The notes under the pieces: model-generated
Database searches by the model: none
Told to the model about the DNA's origin: nothing
What the model saw: the letters and a program-made list of their open reading frames with translations, nothing else
Shown: piece after piece, positions 50,841 to 63,750 of the stretch
How positions within the stretch are numbered: the stretch's first letter is position 1
How the letters are laid out: every line of letters begins with the position of its first letter
NCBI GenBank assembly: GCA_951406725.2
Contig: OX597817.1
Location: 169,074,001 to 169,138,000, forward strand
Length of the DNA: 64,000 nt
Reading direction: 5' to 3'
Source of the DNA: Octopus vulgaris
Taxonomy: Eukaryota
Position numbers and translations under genes: made by a program

Positions 50841-50947
50841 TTGTTGCAATTTGGTAAACTGTTCTTCACGCCAGTCAGTGCGAGCATTTGGCTGCATACA
50901 CTTCTTGAAAAATACGGCTACCTTATCATCTAAATTATCTAATGCAT
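50841..50947 (-). CDS. ING3: ING3 exon 3 (NALDNLDDKVAVFFKKCMQPNARTDWREEQFTKLQQ)
   Basis: tcttgcag|AT...CAA|gtaagt; 107 nt; WREEQ motif as in ING3. Confidence 0.93.
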
Positions 50948-51273
50948 CTGCAAGACAAGAGAGACACATTAGAGATAAACCAGTAGAGAAGAGGACTTAC
51001 ACTATGTAAATGAAATATCTAGGTTTCTTATAATGAATAAGAACAGAAATAGGGAAAGTACAACGTTGGATTGTTCATTCATTTACCTAAACTACCTCAC
51101 ACTAGACTGCTGTGGAAGTAATAGATTCTTTGTTATTATGTTCTGTTCTCACCTGATAATGAGATGTGCTGCTTTCTTCAACATGTCCAGAACTAGAAAA
51201 GTCATTGTATTCTTGCATGTCTAACCCATGCCAGTTTGAACAGACATTAAATGATGATGACAATCATCATTTT

Positions 51274-51570
51274 CTGTGCTGGTGGCACGTAAAAAGCACC
51301 ATCCAAACGTGGCCGATGCCAGCGCTGCCTTGACTGGCTTCCGTGCCGGTGGCACGTAAAAAGCACCAATCCGATCGTGGCTGTTGCCAGCCTCGCCTGG
51401 CGCGTAAAAAGCACCCACTACACTCACGGAGTGGTTGGCGTTAGGAAGGGCATCCAGCTGTAGAAACACTGCCAGGTCAGACTGGAGCCTGGTGCAGCCT
51501 TCTGGCTTCCCAGATCTCCGGTTGAACTGCCCAACCCATGGAGAACGGACGTTAAACAATGATGATGACA
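51274..51570 (+). mobile_element. Repeat family B
   Basis: Same units and tail. Confidence 0.82.
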
Positions 51571-52056
51571 ACGATACTTTTTTCCATTAACTATACTAAT
51601 ACAATATTAAACTAAGGCATGAAACATGAAATCTTTTGCTTTCAATCTTCACTAAAGCCTGTTAGAAAACTGGATGCGTATGCCACTTAATCATTGTATG
51701 TCCTATGTATGCTACTGTGTGATAAAGCTAAGGAGACTTTTTCCACACCATTATCTATAAGTATATGCTGATGCCCTGGTGCTCAGTTTTATGGAGAAAA
51801 TGTTATTTAAAGAATTTTGTGGAACTCCTCTAAGTTAAGTACATAAATAGACACAACTAAATTAGAACATAATATATAATTGATGCATACACAAACACAC
51901 AGCAAGCTTTCACAGTTTCTGTTTACTAAATTTGCTCACAAGGCATTGGGTGGCCTAGTGCTAAAGTAGAAGACAAGGTGCTGTCCAGTAAGACTGAACC
52001 CAAAACCACGCGTTTGCAAAGCAAACTTCTTAATCACACAGCTCTCTCACTCTTTG

Positions 52057-52108
<52 letters not shown>

Positions 52109-53934
52109 GTTATTCTTACATAATACCTGTAAATATAAGAGGACTTGGTGTAATCTAAACTTAGATAGCTTTCAGTTTGTAATATAATATTCATTATGTC
52201 ATGCAAGTGAATTCTGTTCCTAAATATTTTGTTCAAAACGATTCTTACCAAATCTGTTTTGGTTGAAACCTATACTGGGAATCTTCTATTAATTCTCTTT
52301 TCCCTCCTAATCTACATTACATATATTCAAAAATCTTACAACCGTCTCTATCTGTCAAAAAATTTATTGTTCAGTTGTTTTTCAACTGATGCTCAGTAAT
52401 TCTTGAATGTTAAAAAACTCTGAATCCATTGGGTCTTGCTTAACTCACTCTGTAACACCAGTTCAGTCAAAGCAGGTACCTTTGCAGCCACATCTACACC
52501 ACTACTCTGGTCAGTAGTCCAGTTGCTGACCAGAGTAGATGTCGAAGTAGCTGAACAATCATGTAACATAATGCTTCAAACCCAGAAATAAATTTACATT
52601 TGGTCCTTTGGCCTGCTAGAAATAGCAATCAAATCACATCAAATCAACTTAAAAAGGCCACATACACAATACTCAGATAAAATATATGCACTATGTGTGA
52701 ATAAAAGATAGGATGGTCATAGCTTGAACAGGGCTGACCTGGGAATAAATAACAACTATAACATCACCTGAAAGAACAGGTGATACCATAATCTGAGAGT
52801 GTAACTGTCTTGATTCCAAAGCACCAGTGATGATTTGCCAGTCTAATCCTCAAATTTCTGTCAATTTCTACTTTAGGACAAAAATGACTCACATAGAAGA
52901 ATGTCCACTTTGAATATGACTGATAGGAGATAAAGACATTGGATAATACAGCAAAATAACTTATCTAAAGATGGTTTACATAGTAAATATATCTGACTCA
53001 CTCTGTTACTGCAGTAAACTTTACTCCAAATCTTTTGAAATAGTGAACCATACACACGTAGATATACTATATAATAAATATGGTCAAAACTCACTTGGCT
53101 TGAACACATAGTATATACATAGATTATCATCATTGTTTTATGTCCACTTTCCATGCTGTCATAGGTTGGACAAGTCATATCACCTGAGTTTGTCAGATGT
53201 CTAGAATGGTATCCCAAAAATGGGCTACATTAGTCACAGGAAGGCAATGAACTGTTATATACTCGCCATGATAGATCGCTGGCCACTAAACCTTTTTCTA
53301 TTTTCTCTCCCAGTTTATTTCTATGTTCCTTTCTGTCAAAGAGCATAGGCTCGAAACGTGTAAGACCTTCTCACTTCCCGAGTGTTAAACTAATAATATG
53401 TTTGTTGTTCACCCACCCGTCTTTGTCTTTTTGTAAATTCTCACTATATATATATATATAGTTACAAGAAGTTCTACCTAGTTTTGTTCCATTAAATGGG
53501 TAACAGACAACTGGCAATCTCATAAGATCTGGAATCTATTTCTAGTGAATTAAGACAGTATTAAAGAGCCTTATCTTAGTGATATGACATAAATGCTGAG
53601 GTGGGTTTTTTAAATCAAACTTTTGAACTGACTGAGATAGGTCTCAAAACAACCAGCCTTCTACATGTAACAAAAAGCAGGGATTGCTATGAGTATTCAG
53701 ATTGGCCTCAATAATTGGCAGCACCAATCATAGGATGATGAATTGCATATTATGAAGCAAAGGCAAACTGATCAAAGATAGAAAAAAAATCCCACAGAAT
53801 ATATTGAAAATATTTTACAGAATCTAGTTCGAAACCTTATCTTCCAGTATTTGAGCGTTTGGAGAGAGAAAAAAAAAGTAAAAAACAGCACCAGCATATT
53901 TATTGAGGGATTTCTATCAAAAAGGTAAACAATC

Positions 53935-54149
53935 AATGGGCTAGTGGTTAGGGCAGCGGACTTGAGGTCGGAGGATCGCGGTTTCGATTCCCAGACCGGG
54001 CGTTGTGTGTGTTTATTGAGCGAAAACACCTAAAAGCTCCACGAGGCTCCGGCAGGAGGTGTGATCCCTGCTGTACTCAAAAGGCGGTGCTCCAGCATGG
54101 CCGCAGTCAAATGACTGAAACAAGTACAAAAAAAAAAAAAAAAAAAAAA
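53935..54149 (+). mobile_element. Chimeric SINE: family D head, family A tail, poly(A)
   Basis: 53935-54078 matches the 16255-16624 head; about 54080-54126 matches the family A tail. Confidence 0.78.
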
Positions 54150-55953
54150 TGAAATTCATATTTATGATACTGCAGAACTTTTCTGTTGTTGCTATTGTCA
54201 CCAGAAAACTGACCAAAAAAAAAAAAAAAAAAAAAAAACTACCTACTGACTACAGGATTCTCATGTAAAGTGGTTTATCCTTTTACAGACATACTGGTGA
54301 GTAGGTAAATCAATATGAATTCAATAGCCTAACTTGTAGCCAAAATTCCTATATCAACCTTAACAACTCTTGAAATGACTTTATAATTGACAGAAAGCTT
54401 AAATTTTATTAGTGTCTTCCTCCCATTTTTCCAACTAACACACAATAACTATAAAAAAGATAACATAAACTAGCCAATGGATACAGAATTATAAGTTTTA
54501 ATAAACATGAATTAGCAGAAGTGCTATTTAATATAAACTCAGCAAGGGATGAAAAGGAAAATTAACATATTGACACACAACACTGTGCAGTCACTGCATC
54601 TGATAAGACCCTAAAGGGCTTGTTCCTAGTCAGTCTACCAGTGATTCCAAGTGACACTGGCAGATATCTATGTAGCATTGCTATGCAACAGGATGACACT
54701 ATGCTTATGCAAGATAGAGATGTGCTAGGAGTTAGTCTCTACCACCCAAATTGCATCTAAGTAAATATGGCACAATGCAATACAGGGCAGGGGTGTAAGA
54801 GTAGGTACTCAATAGGTATTGTACTATTAATAATAAATGGCAAGGTCAAAGCCAACTCATGTCAGCACAAGAACATATGATGCTGTGTTGTATATCTCAA
54901 GTGAAAACATTCGCTCTGCAGCAGTTATTTAAATCCAAACAGAAACATTTCCAAGACACTTAACACAACAGACTGTACAGACTTAGTACCATTTGGTTTC
55001 TGAGTATATATACTGGTCATGGTACTAGTACATATAACATTTGTGTACCCACTGAGGCCAAGTTTATGAGATTGACCATCCCACACTAAGTGATTTCTTC
55101 CTTGTAGTGTCTATAATTCTATAATTAATTTCAATTTTTTTTCAAAACTGTTCAATAATACATAGCTGGTCAAAGATCTAATCTTACTAGGCTGTATATT
55201 CGGGTGGTATTACGTGTGTATTGTACACCTACAAAAAAATGGTAAATTCCTCATAATATAATCATGAAACATGATGGGGAAACTAATTTGTGTCCACTGC
55301 TAAGAAATATTATCTCAGGTGTTGGTAGTGCAGACGGACAGGATAATGGAAATGTGCCAAGAATAAGGACCACAGGGTGAAAGAAATTCCTACATTATTT
55401 AAGTCTGTATAAATTCGATGGAAATTCTTTAACTGAAGCTGATTTTCTAAATATTTCTGCTCTTACAATATGGTCATAATTTCTTTTTAAATTAACAATG
55501 CATTCACAAGCAAAATTTTAACTAACGCCTACTTTTGAGTACTACACATGCCCAAATAATTAAATTCAGCACAACTACCATATACCACTGGACCTTATCT
55601 ATACTGCCTCCACTAGAATACACACCTGTTTCCAACAGTTCATCCCCTTATAATTTCCTTTGACTACACTGAACCTTACAGAATTATGTTTATCTTCTCA
55701 GACGGAAGGATCAAAACCTGCAGAGAGGCCCCAGTGAATAATGTTTCACCCGCTTCACACTGTTAATAATAATAATAATAATATCGATATGTTTACAAAA
55801 TCAATACATACATTCATCGTTGTTAACAGAAAATACAATGATTTTGCAGTCCGAAACACGTGAGTTTGTTTACAAACAGCGTACACCCAGCCCCTCGCAC
55901 TTCATGCCTCCTCAATCTTCCATTAACACAAAGCATTAATAATATAAATATAC

Positions 55954-55984
<31 letters not shown>

Positions 55985-56842
55985 TATACACTTAAACACA
56001 AATGCCAGTGTGAATTACTATCTGTAGCATTAAATTATATACTTTTTGTAAATAAATATATATATATACATACATACGTGCAATGAAAATAGTCTAAAAC
56101 ATCTGTAAATCTGCAATGCATATATACAAGGGTTGCATAATATATGCAGTAGATTCACATCATATTATATATTTATATATATATGTATGTATGTATGTGT
56201 ATTATATATATATATATATATACGTTACAGCAGTAGTAAGAAATGTTCGGTTGGAGAGAAGTGGTCTCTAATTGTCCTACCACTGCCGCCGCCACCACCA
56301 CAATCCTATGACAAGGCAGTGCGCTGCCGTCCACCCACCGCCGCCTCCTCCTCCTCCGTCGTCGTCGTCATCACTGCTCTCCACGTGATCATTCCAGTTT
56401 CTGGCTAGCTTACTTTCACATTATCACAACATGCACGCAACACGGTCGTACGAGTATTTTTTAGCGGGACCACAAGTGACCAGAGGATGGAGAGACAGGA
56501 CAAGGCGGCGGGGGGGGGGGGGGACGGACACAGACAGACCAGACAGTATCGCCAACACCTGTCGTGTATAGAATATAGAGGGAAGATAGATAGATAGATA
56601 GATAGACAAGTAAATGAAGTGAGAGAGAAAAATCAGCGCTGATCAGTCTCAGTCGACGACTAAAAAGCTTCGGCAATTACCACGGCACCTGCTTCGTCAG
56701 TTTTTACACAATAGTATTCAAAGTTTCGAGCAAGGGCGGCGGCGGCGGCGCCACACACCAACTGAGAGAGAGAGTCATACATGGTCTAGATGGTGAGAGT
56801 GTGTGATGTATGTGTGTGTGTGTGTGTGTGTGTGTGACTTAC

Positions 56843-56914
56843 TCTGTACTTGCAGATCCATCTCCCTCATTTCGGTCAGGCGGTCTCGCATCTCCATCGG
56901 CAAATTCTCAATCA
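56843..56914 (-). CDS. ING3: ING3 exon 2 (VIENLPMEMRDRLTEMREMDLQVQ)
   Basis: ttttgcag|TG...CAG A|gtaagt; 72 nt; ING N-terminal helix. Confidence 0.95.
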
Positions 56915-57057
56915 CTGCAAAAAGGACGAGAAGCAGATATTAGTCTGTAGAGGAAATATTTTATTGAGACAAATTAAGAGAGATGACGGTGCTAGCCGAA
57001 CGTCAAGGCACTGTAGGACGAGAGCAGGAGGAGGTGTTGGCATGGGCCTGAACCTAC

Positions 57058-57085
57058 CTTCCAGATAATCTTCCAGGTACAACAT
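57058..57085 (-). CDS. ING3: ING3 coding exon 1 (MLYLEDYLE)
   Basis: ATG TTG TAC CTG GAA GAT TAT CTG GAA G|gtaggt; canonical ING3 N-terminus; 28 nt, phase 1. Confidence 0.95.
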
Positions 57086-57460
57086 TTTGCCCACAACACA
57101 CAGAACACCTCGTGCACAAAATGTCTTCCGTCTACGTTCTGCCAAGCCGTCGGTGTAAAACGTTTTCTGATTGGTCCTTTACTTCCTCTACCATATAAGC
57201 TGGCGAGTTGATTAATTTGTTGCAAGAGGAATAAAATAGTGTTGCGACATTTTATACTGTTGTTCATTAGTGAAATATATAGTAAAGATCTACTAGAATT
57301 ATTCGTATTCGATACTTATAGCCATCGCGACTGTAAGACCTCTAAACAAAATAGTGACGAATCCACGAATGGTCGCCGTCGACACATCACTTCCAGCTGA
57401 CTTCCAACACAGCCAATATATAGCTCCGCAGTAAATAATATTTTCTCGCCAACATTAAAA
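57086..57460 (-). promoter_or_regulatory. ING3 5' UTR / core promoter region
   Basis: Locally CpG-rich sequence upstream of the ATG; CCAAT boxes near 57170 (attgg) and 57414 (ccaat). TSS not determinable. Confidence 0.45.
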
Positions 57461-60179
57461 TCTACTGTCGACTTTCATTGATTTTATTTAAATTCAAAAT
57501 AAATTTCGTAATTTAATAATATAAAGAAATTAAGTTACAGTCTACCCAGTGTATATATTTATATTTATATAGGGACCTAGATATATGAAATGACTAGATC
57601 TGAAATAATTTTAACTGTAGTGTGCCACATTGAATACGTATATCGACATAGTTTTTTGCATTAGCAAAAATTCTAACAAAAGCACATATTTAGAAGGAAG
57701 GATGTAGTAATTCAATCATCAGTAGTATTTCACTGATATTTTATTTTAATAATACGCTAAGTTGAAAGACAAGGTCGTCCCTTCTGTAGGATTTGATGCA
57801 GAACATAAAGGGACATAACTGAATATGACAATGTACTACCAAGTACTTAATTAAAACCAATTAGTGGAGAGGGGTCCTTTAAACTTTAAAAACCTAATTA
57901 AATTCGAACATTTTAAAATAATTGTGTAGCGTTGAAAAATTATAAACGTGAACAATTTATAATTTATGCTGATATTATTCAATAATTAGTAGGTTTTGGT
58001 TGTTGTTTTTTTAAGTTATAAAATGCATTTATTGGTATTTCATCCCACCCCACCAAATAATATTCAATAATGAACATATCTCAATATGCATGACAGACGG
58101 CCTATTTTAGGACATGAAACATTCGATTAACTACATCAACACATAAAACTGTGTTCAAACTCTACTGGGGTCGATAAAATAATAAAAATAATTATCGACC
58201 TCAGAAGGCCACAAATTTCGGGGAAGGTATAGTGGCTGAGATTTGATATTCTATTTTCTCGACTCCATATGACAGACAGATCAAGATGACGTTAGGGGGA
58301 TTTGAACTCAGAATGTAAAGCACTGCCAAACCTTTATTTTGATTAAAATTTAAATAATTTTAGTGTTTTACGAATATAAAATAAAACCAAATCGTCTCTA
58401 TCTGTAGGTCAGTTTATATTACTATATAAAACAAATTAAATACTTGTATAAAACAAAACGAATTATGTTACAAATTTCAATTCGCAATCAGATTGGAGTA
58501 GCAGTTCCAAATACGCCAGTAGTTAATTTCAGGTCAACTCTAATGGAGAATACCTGTTTAATTAAGATATTCCAGTCATGACTATTTCGTCTGTTATTAC
58601 ACTTTTTAAAGTATGTTATCTAAGACAAACATATTTAATATTCTTATTTTTATTAGAACGGTGGGATGTAATTTGAGGGAGATTTGACTACTTTTTCTAA
58701 CAAGTCGAACGACTCGTTGTGTCATAGTAGTCTTAAAGTGGCAAACATACGGACTTTATTTAAAGTCTCAGTCATTTTCGAGATTCAATGTGACGAAATT
58801 GTGTAGAAAGTATTTTATTCTGAATAATGGATGGAAGATGATAAATAAAGACCTATTCCGGTGAGGATACTAAGAAATTGTGACATTCGAGACTTTTCCA
58901 AAGGCACTAGCTAAGTAAATTCAAACATGCCAAAAGAGAATTTAAGGCATATTGTAAACACGGTTCATTGAATACTAACTACCACACCATCGCGGTTTTC
59001 TGGGTAATTAAAGTGTTATATAACATTCTTTATCTAGAAGCAATGCCTCAGTTATATAATAGGATACTGGCTTTGAATTGCAATGTCATTTTTCTTCTTC
59101 TGAAGGACATGTGAGATTCAAACGCAGTAAAATCTATTTAGTTTATTCTTGTTATATAGAAACAGCTACAGGCATGAGCGAACATTTTGTTACGAATACA
59201 AAGGACGTTACGATTTTATATTTTTATTCTGTCATAAAGAGAAGAGACCATTGTATGAGAGTAAATGTGTTTCTTGTAAGCTGTTGTCTAGATTTTTATG
59301 TCTGATGACTCAATAAATGTCTGAAGACGTCTGATGTTGCTGGAATTGGCGTTCATTTGTAGATTTTGTGCCTGTAGGTTAAGACATGAGCAACAAAAAG
59401 ATTAAAAACAAAAATTTCGTGAAAGAAACGATTTTGAGGGAAGGTCATTAGGTGAATATTCTGTTCGGCATTTTAGAAGCTCAGTATTTGATAATAATTT
59501 CTGTTAAATAAGTATGAGGTCTATTTGATTCAATTTAAGTACATTACTGGTAATTCATTTATTGACATCAGAAAAATAAAGGCAAAAAATCGATGTTACA
59601 TGTTTTTATTTCGGAACTGTGGAGCATAATAAGAAATTAAGTATTATCCAATATAAAACTGTTATTGTTGGGTGACCTACTTTCCCAAACTTTGGTGGCT
59701 ACGGGATATTTTTTTTGGTGCAATTTAGATTTTTTTACTGTTATCATTTGAGATGGGAAAGTGTAGCTGTTTTTTTTTATTGTCTAAATCTGTTTTTATT
59801 GTGTTGGTTGTTTCATGCGGGTGAATGACATTATAAAATTTGGCTACGAGTTTTTTTTTTTTTTTAATTAAAGCACAGAGGAATCGTGAAATTAAATAAT
59901 AGAAATGATTCAATTAATTATATTTACAGATAAAATAAAACACGGAAACTGAAGGATGCGGAAAGTAGCTTTAGTTTCGCAAAAGAATTATTTCAATAGC
60001 AACAATTTTGCTTTCGCAACAAAATTTTGAACAAAGGAAGACAATATTGTTATAACTAATCATTTTCAACAAATGAAGGAAATTTTTGGTCAATGCTTGA
60101 CTACAATAATTTACGGCAAATCAATCTAATTTGATAAGGAAGCAGCAGATCCATAAAATAAATAAACAATTACAGAACA

Positions 60180-60700
60180 TATTGTTCCACAATAGCAATC
60201 AATCTTTTAATATGCTCGACCACAACCATGTTTATATTTCATGCAAATTCTTTCAAGTTAACTGTTGAAAAGTTCTTTAGATGTACAATTCATTCGCTTC
60301 GTTTCTCTTGGCATGTTACCAAACACATTCAATTCTTTGCGCGTGTCTGAGGGTACTTGATAGGAGGAATGGTGAATTTCCTATAGCGGTTGTTCACAAC
60401 ATAGTAATCAAAATACACGTGATAGTATTTCTATTCCATCATTGCAAGGGCATATTATTGATCCATGAGCAATTTATTTCCTATATTATCGAGCAGTGTG
60501 TCTACCCGTCTACATCGTGCTGCTTCAAAGAAACATTTCTTTGCATCTGGTCAAACCAGACATACCTCCGGAGGCCTTCAATCTGTTGACCTCTTCCAGT
60601 GGAGATATTTCATGTCGTCAACTTCCACCATAAGACGTTCTTTGGTATATGCATTGATTCCGTAGATAACAATTGGATGGCTCTGAACTCAATGACAACA
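60180..60700 (-). mobile_element. Decayed Merlin (IS1016/ISXO2-like) transposase relic
   Basis: VEVDDMKY (VEIDESK-like), KKCFFE...R..DTLL, HAQRIECVW*HAKR (HTQxIExxWxxxKR-like), in the expected order. Confidence 0.62.
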
Positions 60701-60891
60701 CACATTCCTCAGGAAAACACCAAACTCTACTTGCTGGGATTCTTGTCCAATATGCATTCTTTATCAAATAATCTAGATCAGAATCAGAACTTCCTCACGA
60801 GGAAGGGAAAGGGCACAGAATCGTAATCTCCGTAGAACGAAACACTGGAATATATTTTTTAAAAGCCTCCCATGAAGTAGTCATAAAGGCA

Positions 60892-61288
60892 ATCTTTCGT
60901 CTCTAGTAGACCTTTCCGTCGATTTCCGTAAAATTTTTTTTTTTTTTTACATATGGGCTTGCGGGAACTTTTGAAGTAATGAGAGCGAAAGAGACTAAGA
61001 GAAAGCGATTGTATGACGAGGGAAGTTCTTTTGAAGTTACCGTGCATGGGAAGCATTGATGTACATGTGTGTGTTTGATGGGGTGTGGGAGACAGACAGT
61101 ATGTTGTGTAAGTGAAGTGCTTCTGTTAGTGTGTGTGAAGAGACAGAGTAATGTGTGAAAGAAAGAGATAACTGAAATTTTTTACTCGGTGTATGTGTAT
61201 ATGTATGTATATTACTTCAAAAGTTCCCGCAAGCCCATATGTAAAAAAAAAATATTTTTTTACGGAAAGGTCTACTAGAGACGAAAGA
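60892..61288. mobile_element. Foldback/MITE-like element with ~80-bp inverted arms
   Basis: 60892-60979 (tctttcgtctctagtagacctttccgt...catatgggcttgcgggaacttttgaagtaat) is the reverse complement of 61211-61288. Confidence 0.75.
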
Positions 61289-61379
61289 TCGCCGTGATAA
61301 ATATCCCGCAAGTCTGTTGGACTCAGTACTTACAGAAAATTATCCTGTTGGTACTTGGACGATTATTTTTAATCGTATA

Positions 61380-61553
61380 TATTTCTTTAAAGGGCTAAAC
61401 ATAGAGGAGACAAACAAGGACAGAAACAGTGCGAAACTGGTACTTTATTTATCAACCCCGAAAGAACGAAAGGCAAAGTCGACCTCGGCGGAATTTGAAC
61501 TCAGAACGTAACGACAGACCGCCCGGCGCGCTAACGCGTCTGCCAGCTCGCCG
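61380..61553 (-). mobile_element. SINE family C monomer with deletions
   Basis: aaggcaaagtcgacctcggcggaatttgaactc...tgccagctcgccgc. Confidence 0.8.
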
Positions 61554-62439
61554 CTGATTTTTAATTTTATATAAACAAGGATACATATCCTATGTAAGGG
61601 TCTAACGATGATCTTTCGTTATATCGAAATTAAGCAGGGTCTAACTGCTGTGAAACTGACGGAGCAATGACAATGATAGACAAATTTAACTGAGAATTGA
61701 AAGTAGATGAACTAAACTGGTAAGTCTTCGTATCATGTGGAAACAATACAATAACAAAAGTCTAAATAATCTGATACAATCGCACCTCCACATCTTAAAC
61801 AACAACAAATCATACATGCCCCATGACAAGCTGGTAGCATTATAGCGTCAATAAAAACAGTCTTCTCCGACCACTAATCAAACTAATAACAGTTACTTTG
61901 AGAAAGTGAAACTGGTACATTATACCCCCAAATCTTCAGCTACCTCCACCATCCATATCTATTAAGTTGGAAAGAAAGTCTTGTTGCATTTTGACAAGAT
62001 TACTTTAAAAGTACTTTTTCAGCATTTGCGGCAAAATAAGCATTAATTTTTACATTCTAATGTTTTTTTTCTATCTTTGCAGATAATGCTATGGTTGTTA
62101 AAGTCGTATTGATTTTACCCCCAGAAAATGAGTTTATATCAGACATGGCACGTTGTGTAAATTCAAAAGGGGCTTTTCAGCAATAAAAGCGACAAGGAAT
62201 TATTTGTTCCGTCTATGGAAATGAAGCTTTGTTTGCCAACGAGGGTTTGACCAGTTTCACTTGGGAAATTTTTCTCTTGCATATTTCCTTAAGTTGGACA
62301 CATTGCTCCAGTCCACTCAGCTGGCAAAAATGAGTTGTACCTTTAATTCAAAGGGCCAGCCTTGTCACATTCTGTGTTATGCTGAATCTCCCTGAGAACT
62401 ATGTTAAGGGTATGCCGATCTGTGGAGGTAGTAGTTTTC

Positions 62440-62940
62440 TGAACTTCCTCCATCCTATTTTTATTCTAGAAATAATACTTTCAGAGCATCCACCACTAGT
62501 CACCTAAGTAACACAAGGGAGCCTCCTGGGCATTTGAGAGAGTTTAAGTCCCTCGTGTGCTTAGTACTTATTGTTCCTACACATCTGTCACACATGAAAG
62601 CGACCTTATCTGATAACCCATGAATCTACTGCATCTCTTATGTGTCCATAGTTTACACTTGGTGCAACATATGGAATTACATCCCACTCCATTCCTATGT
62701 ATTGAGCAAGGTCATTTACAAGCTGGAATGAGAATCTTATCTCCTTTCTTGCTGGTAACAACTTTAGTTTTAGCTAAGTTAACTTTAAAGCCCTTTGATT
62801 CTAGGTTTTGCTTCCAAATCCAGAACTTCTCCAATTCTGCTTCAGATTTTGCAATAAAAACAAGATCATCAGCATATAAAAGTTCCCATGGGCATCCAGT
62901 TTTGAATTCATTTGTCATGGCCTGGAGAACTATAATGAAT
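62440..62940 (-). mobile_element. RTE-clade LINE RT fragment
   Basis: CPWELLYADDLV...LESKGFKVNLAKTKV followed by a Cys-rich stretch. Confidence 0.82.
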
Positions 62941-62944
62941 AAGA

Positions 62945-63470
62945 GTCATTTGACTGTTGGAGCATTGCCTTAAAGGGTTTTTAGTCAAAGAATTCAACTC
63001 CTGGACTTATTCTTTGTAAGTCTAGTACTTATTTTATTGGTATCTTTTGGTGATGAAAACACACCAACATCAGTTGTCAAGTGATGGTGGTGGGGAGACA
63101 AACAGAGGCACAAAGACACACAAATATATACATACACACACACATACATGTATATATACAACAGGCTTCTTTCAGTTTCCACTTACCAAATCTACAAACA
63201 AGCCTTTGGTTGGCCTGAGGCTATAGTAGAAGACACTTGCCCAAGGTGCCGAGCAGTGGGACTGAACCTATGTTTCAGTCATTGAATTGCAGCCATGCTG
63301 GGGCACTGCCTTGAAGGGTTTAGTCAGACAAATCAACCCCAGTACTTATTTTTCAAGTCTGGTACTTATTCTATCTGTTCAAACTGCCAAGTTACAGGGA
63401 CATAAACAAACCAGCACTGGTTGTCAGGCTGTTGTGGGGCATAAATACCAGTGTAAAGACACACACATAG
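62945..63470 (-). mobile_element. Two degenerate family A-related SINE pieces
   Basis: Family A body and tail motifs. Confidence 0.7.
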
Positions 63471-63472
63471 AT

Positions 63473-63750
63473 AGCAACATCACTTACTGCATCTCATGCT
63501 CTTTCTGTCCTCTGTACACCGGTCAAACGGAACACTGCTTGGCTGACCAGTTTGTGGAACACCTCTGAGACATCAGGCTTGGCAATGACACTCTGGTCTC
63601 GCGCCATTTCCACTCAACCAGTCATTCATTACAACACCTGTCTGTGTTCTGATTGTCCTTGCACAGAGGTCATCTGGACTCCAACCTTCAACATAAACAG
63701 AAATTAATCTTCTCTCTTCACTCCTTTGCACCACATGGACTCAACTCCCC
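63473..63750 (+). mobile_element. Penelope-like element GIY-YIG endonuclease relic, followed by a C-rich tract to the window end
   Basis: Reading through two stops: SNITYCISCSFCPLYTGQTEHCLADQFVEHL*DIR...VSRHFHSTSHS...QKLIFSLHSFAPHGLN; fits the PLE GIY-YIG pattern (YxIxCxxC, YxGxT, RFxEH, HF, PxGLN). Confidence 0.8.

Larger units (their letters stand above)
11252..57085 (-). other. ING3: ING3 gene span (coding part), 11 constitutive exons plus a candidate microexon; 521 aa (526 with microexon)
   Basis: N-terminus MLYLEDYLEVIENLPMEMRDRLTEMREMDLQVQ, ING domain motif KFKMELEADNAGITEILEK, ING3-type AAAASQAIAATQQMAQGRRTPSMKAS and C-terminal [54 protein letters not shown]. All introns GT-AG with compatible phases; exon lengths sum to 1566 nt. 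Confidence 0.96.
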
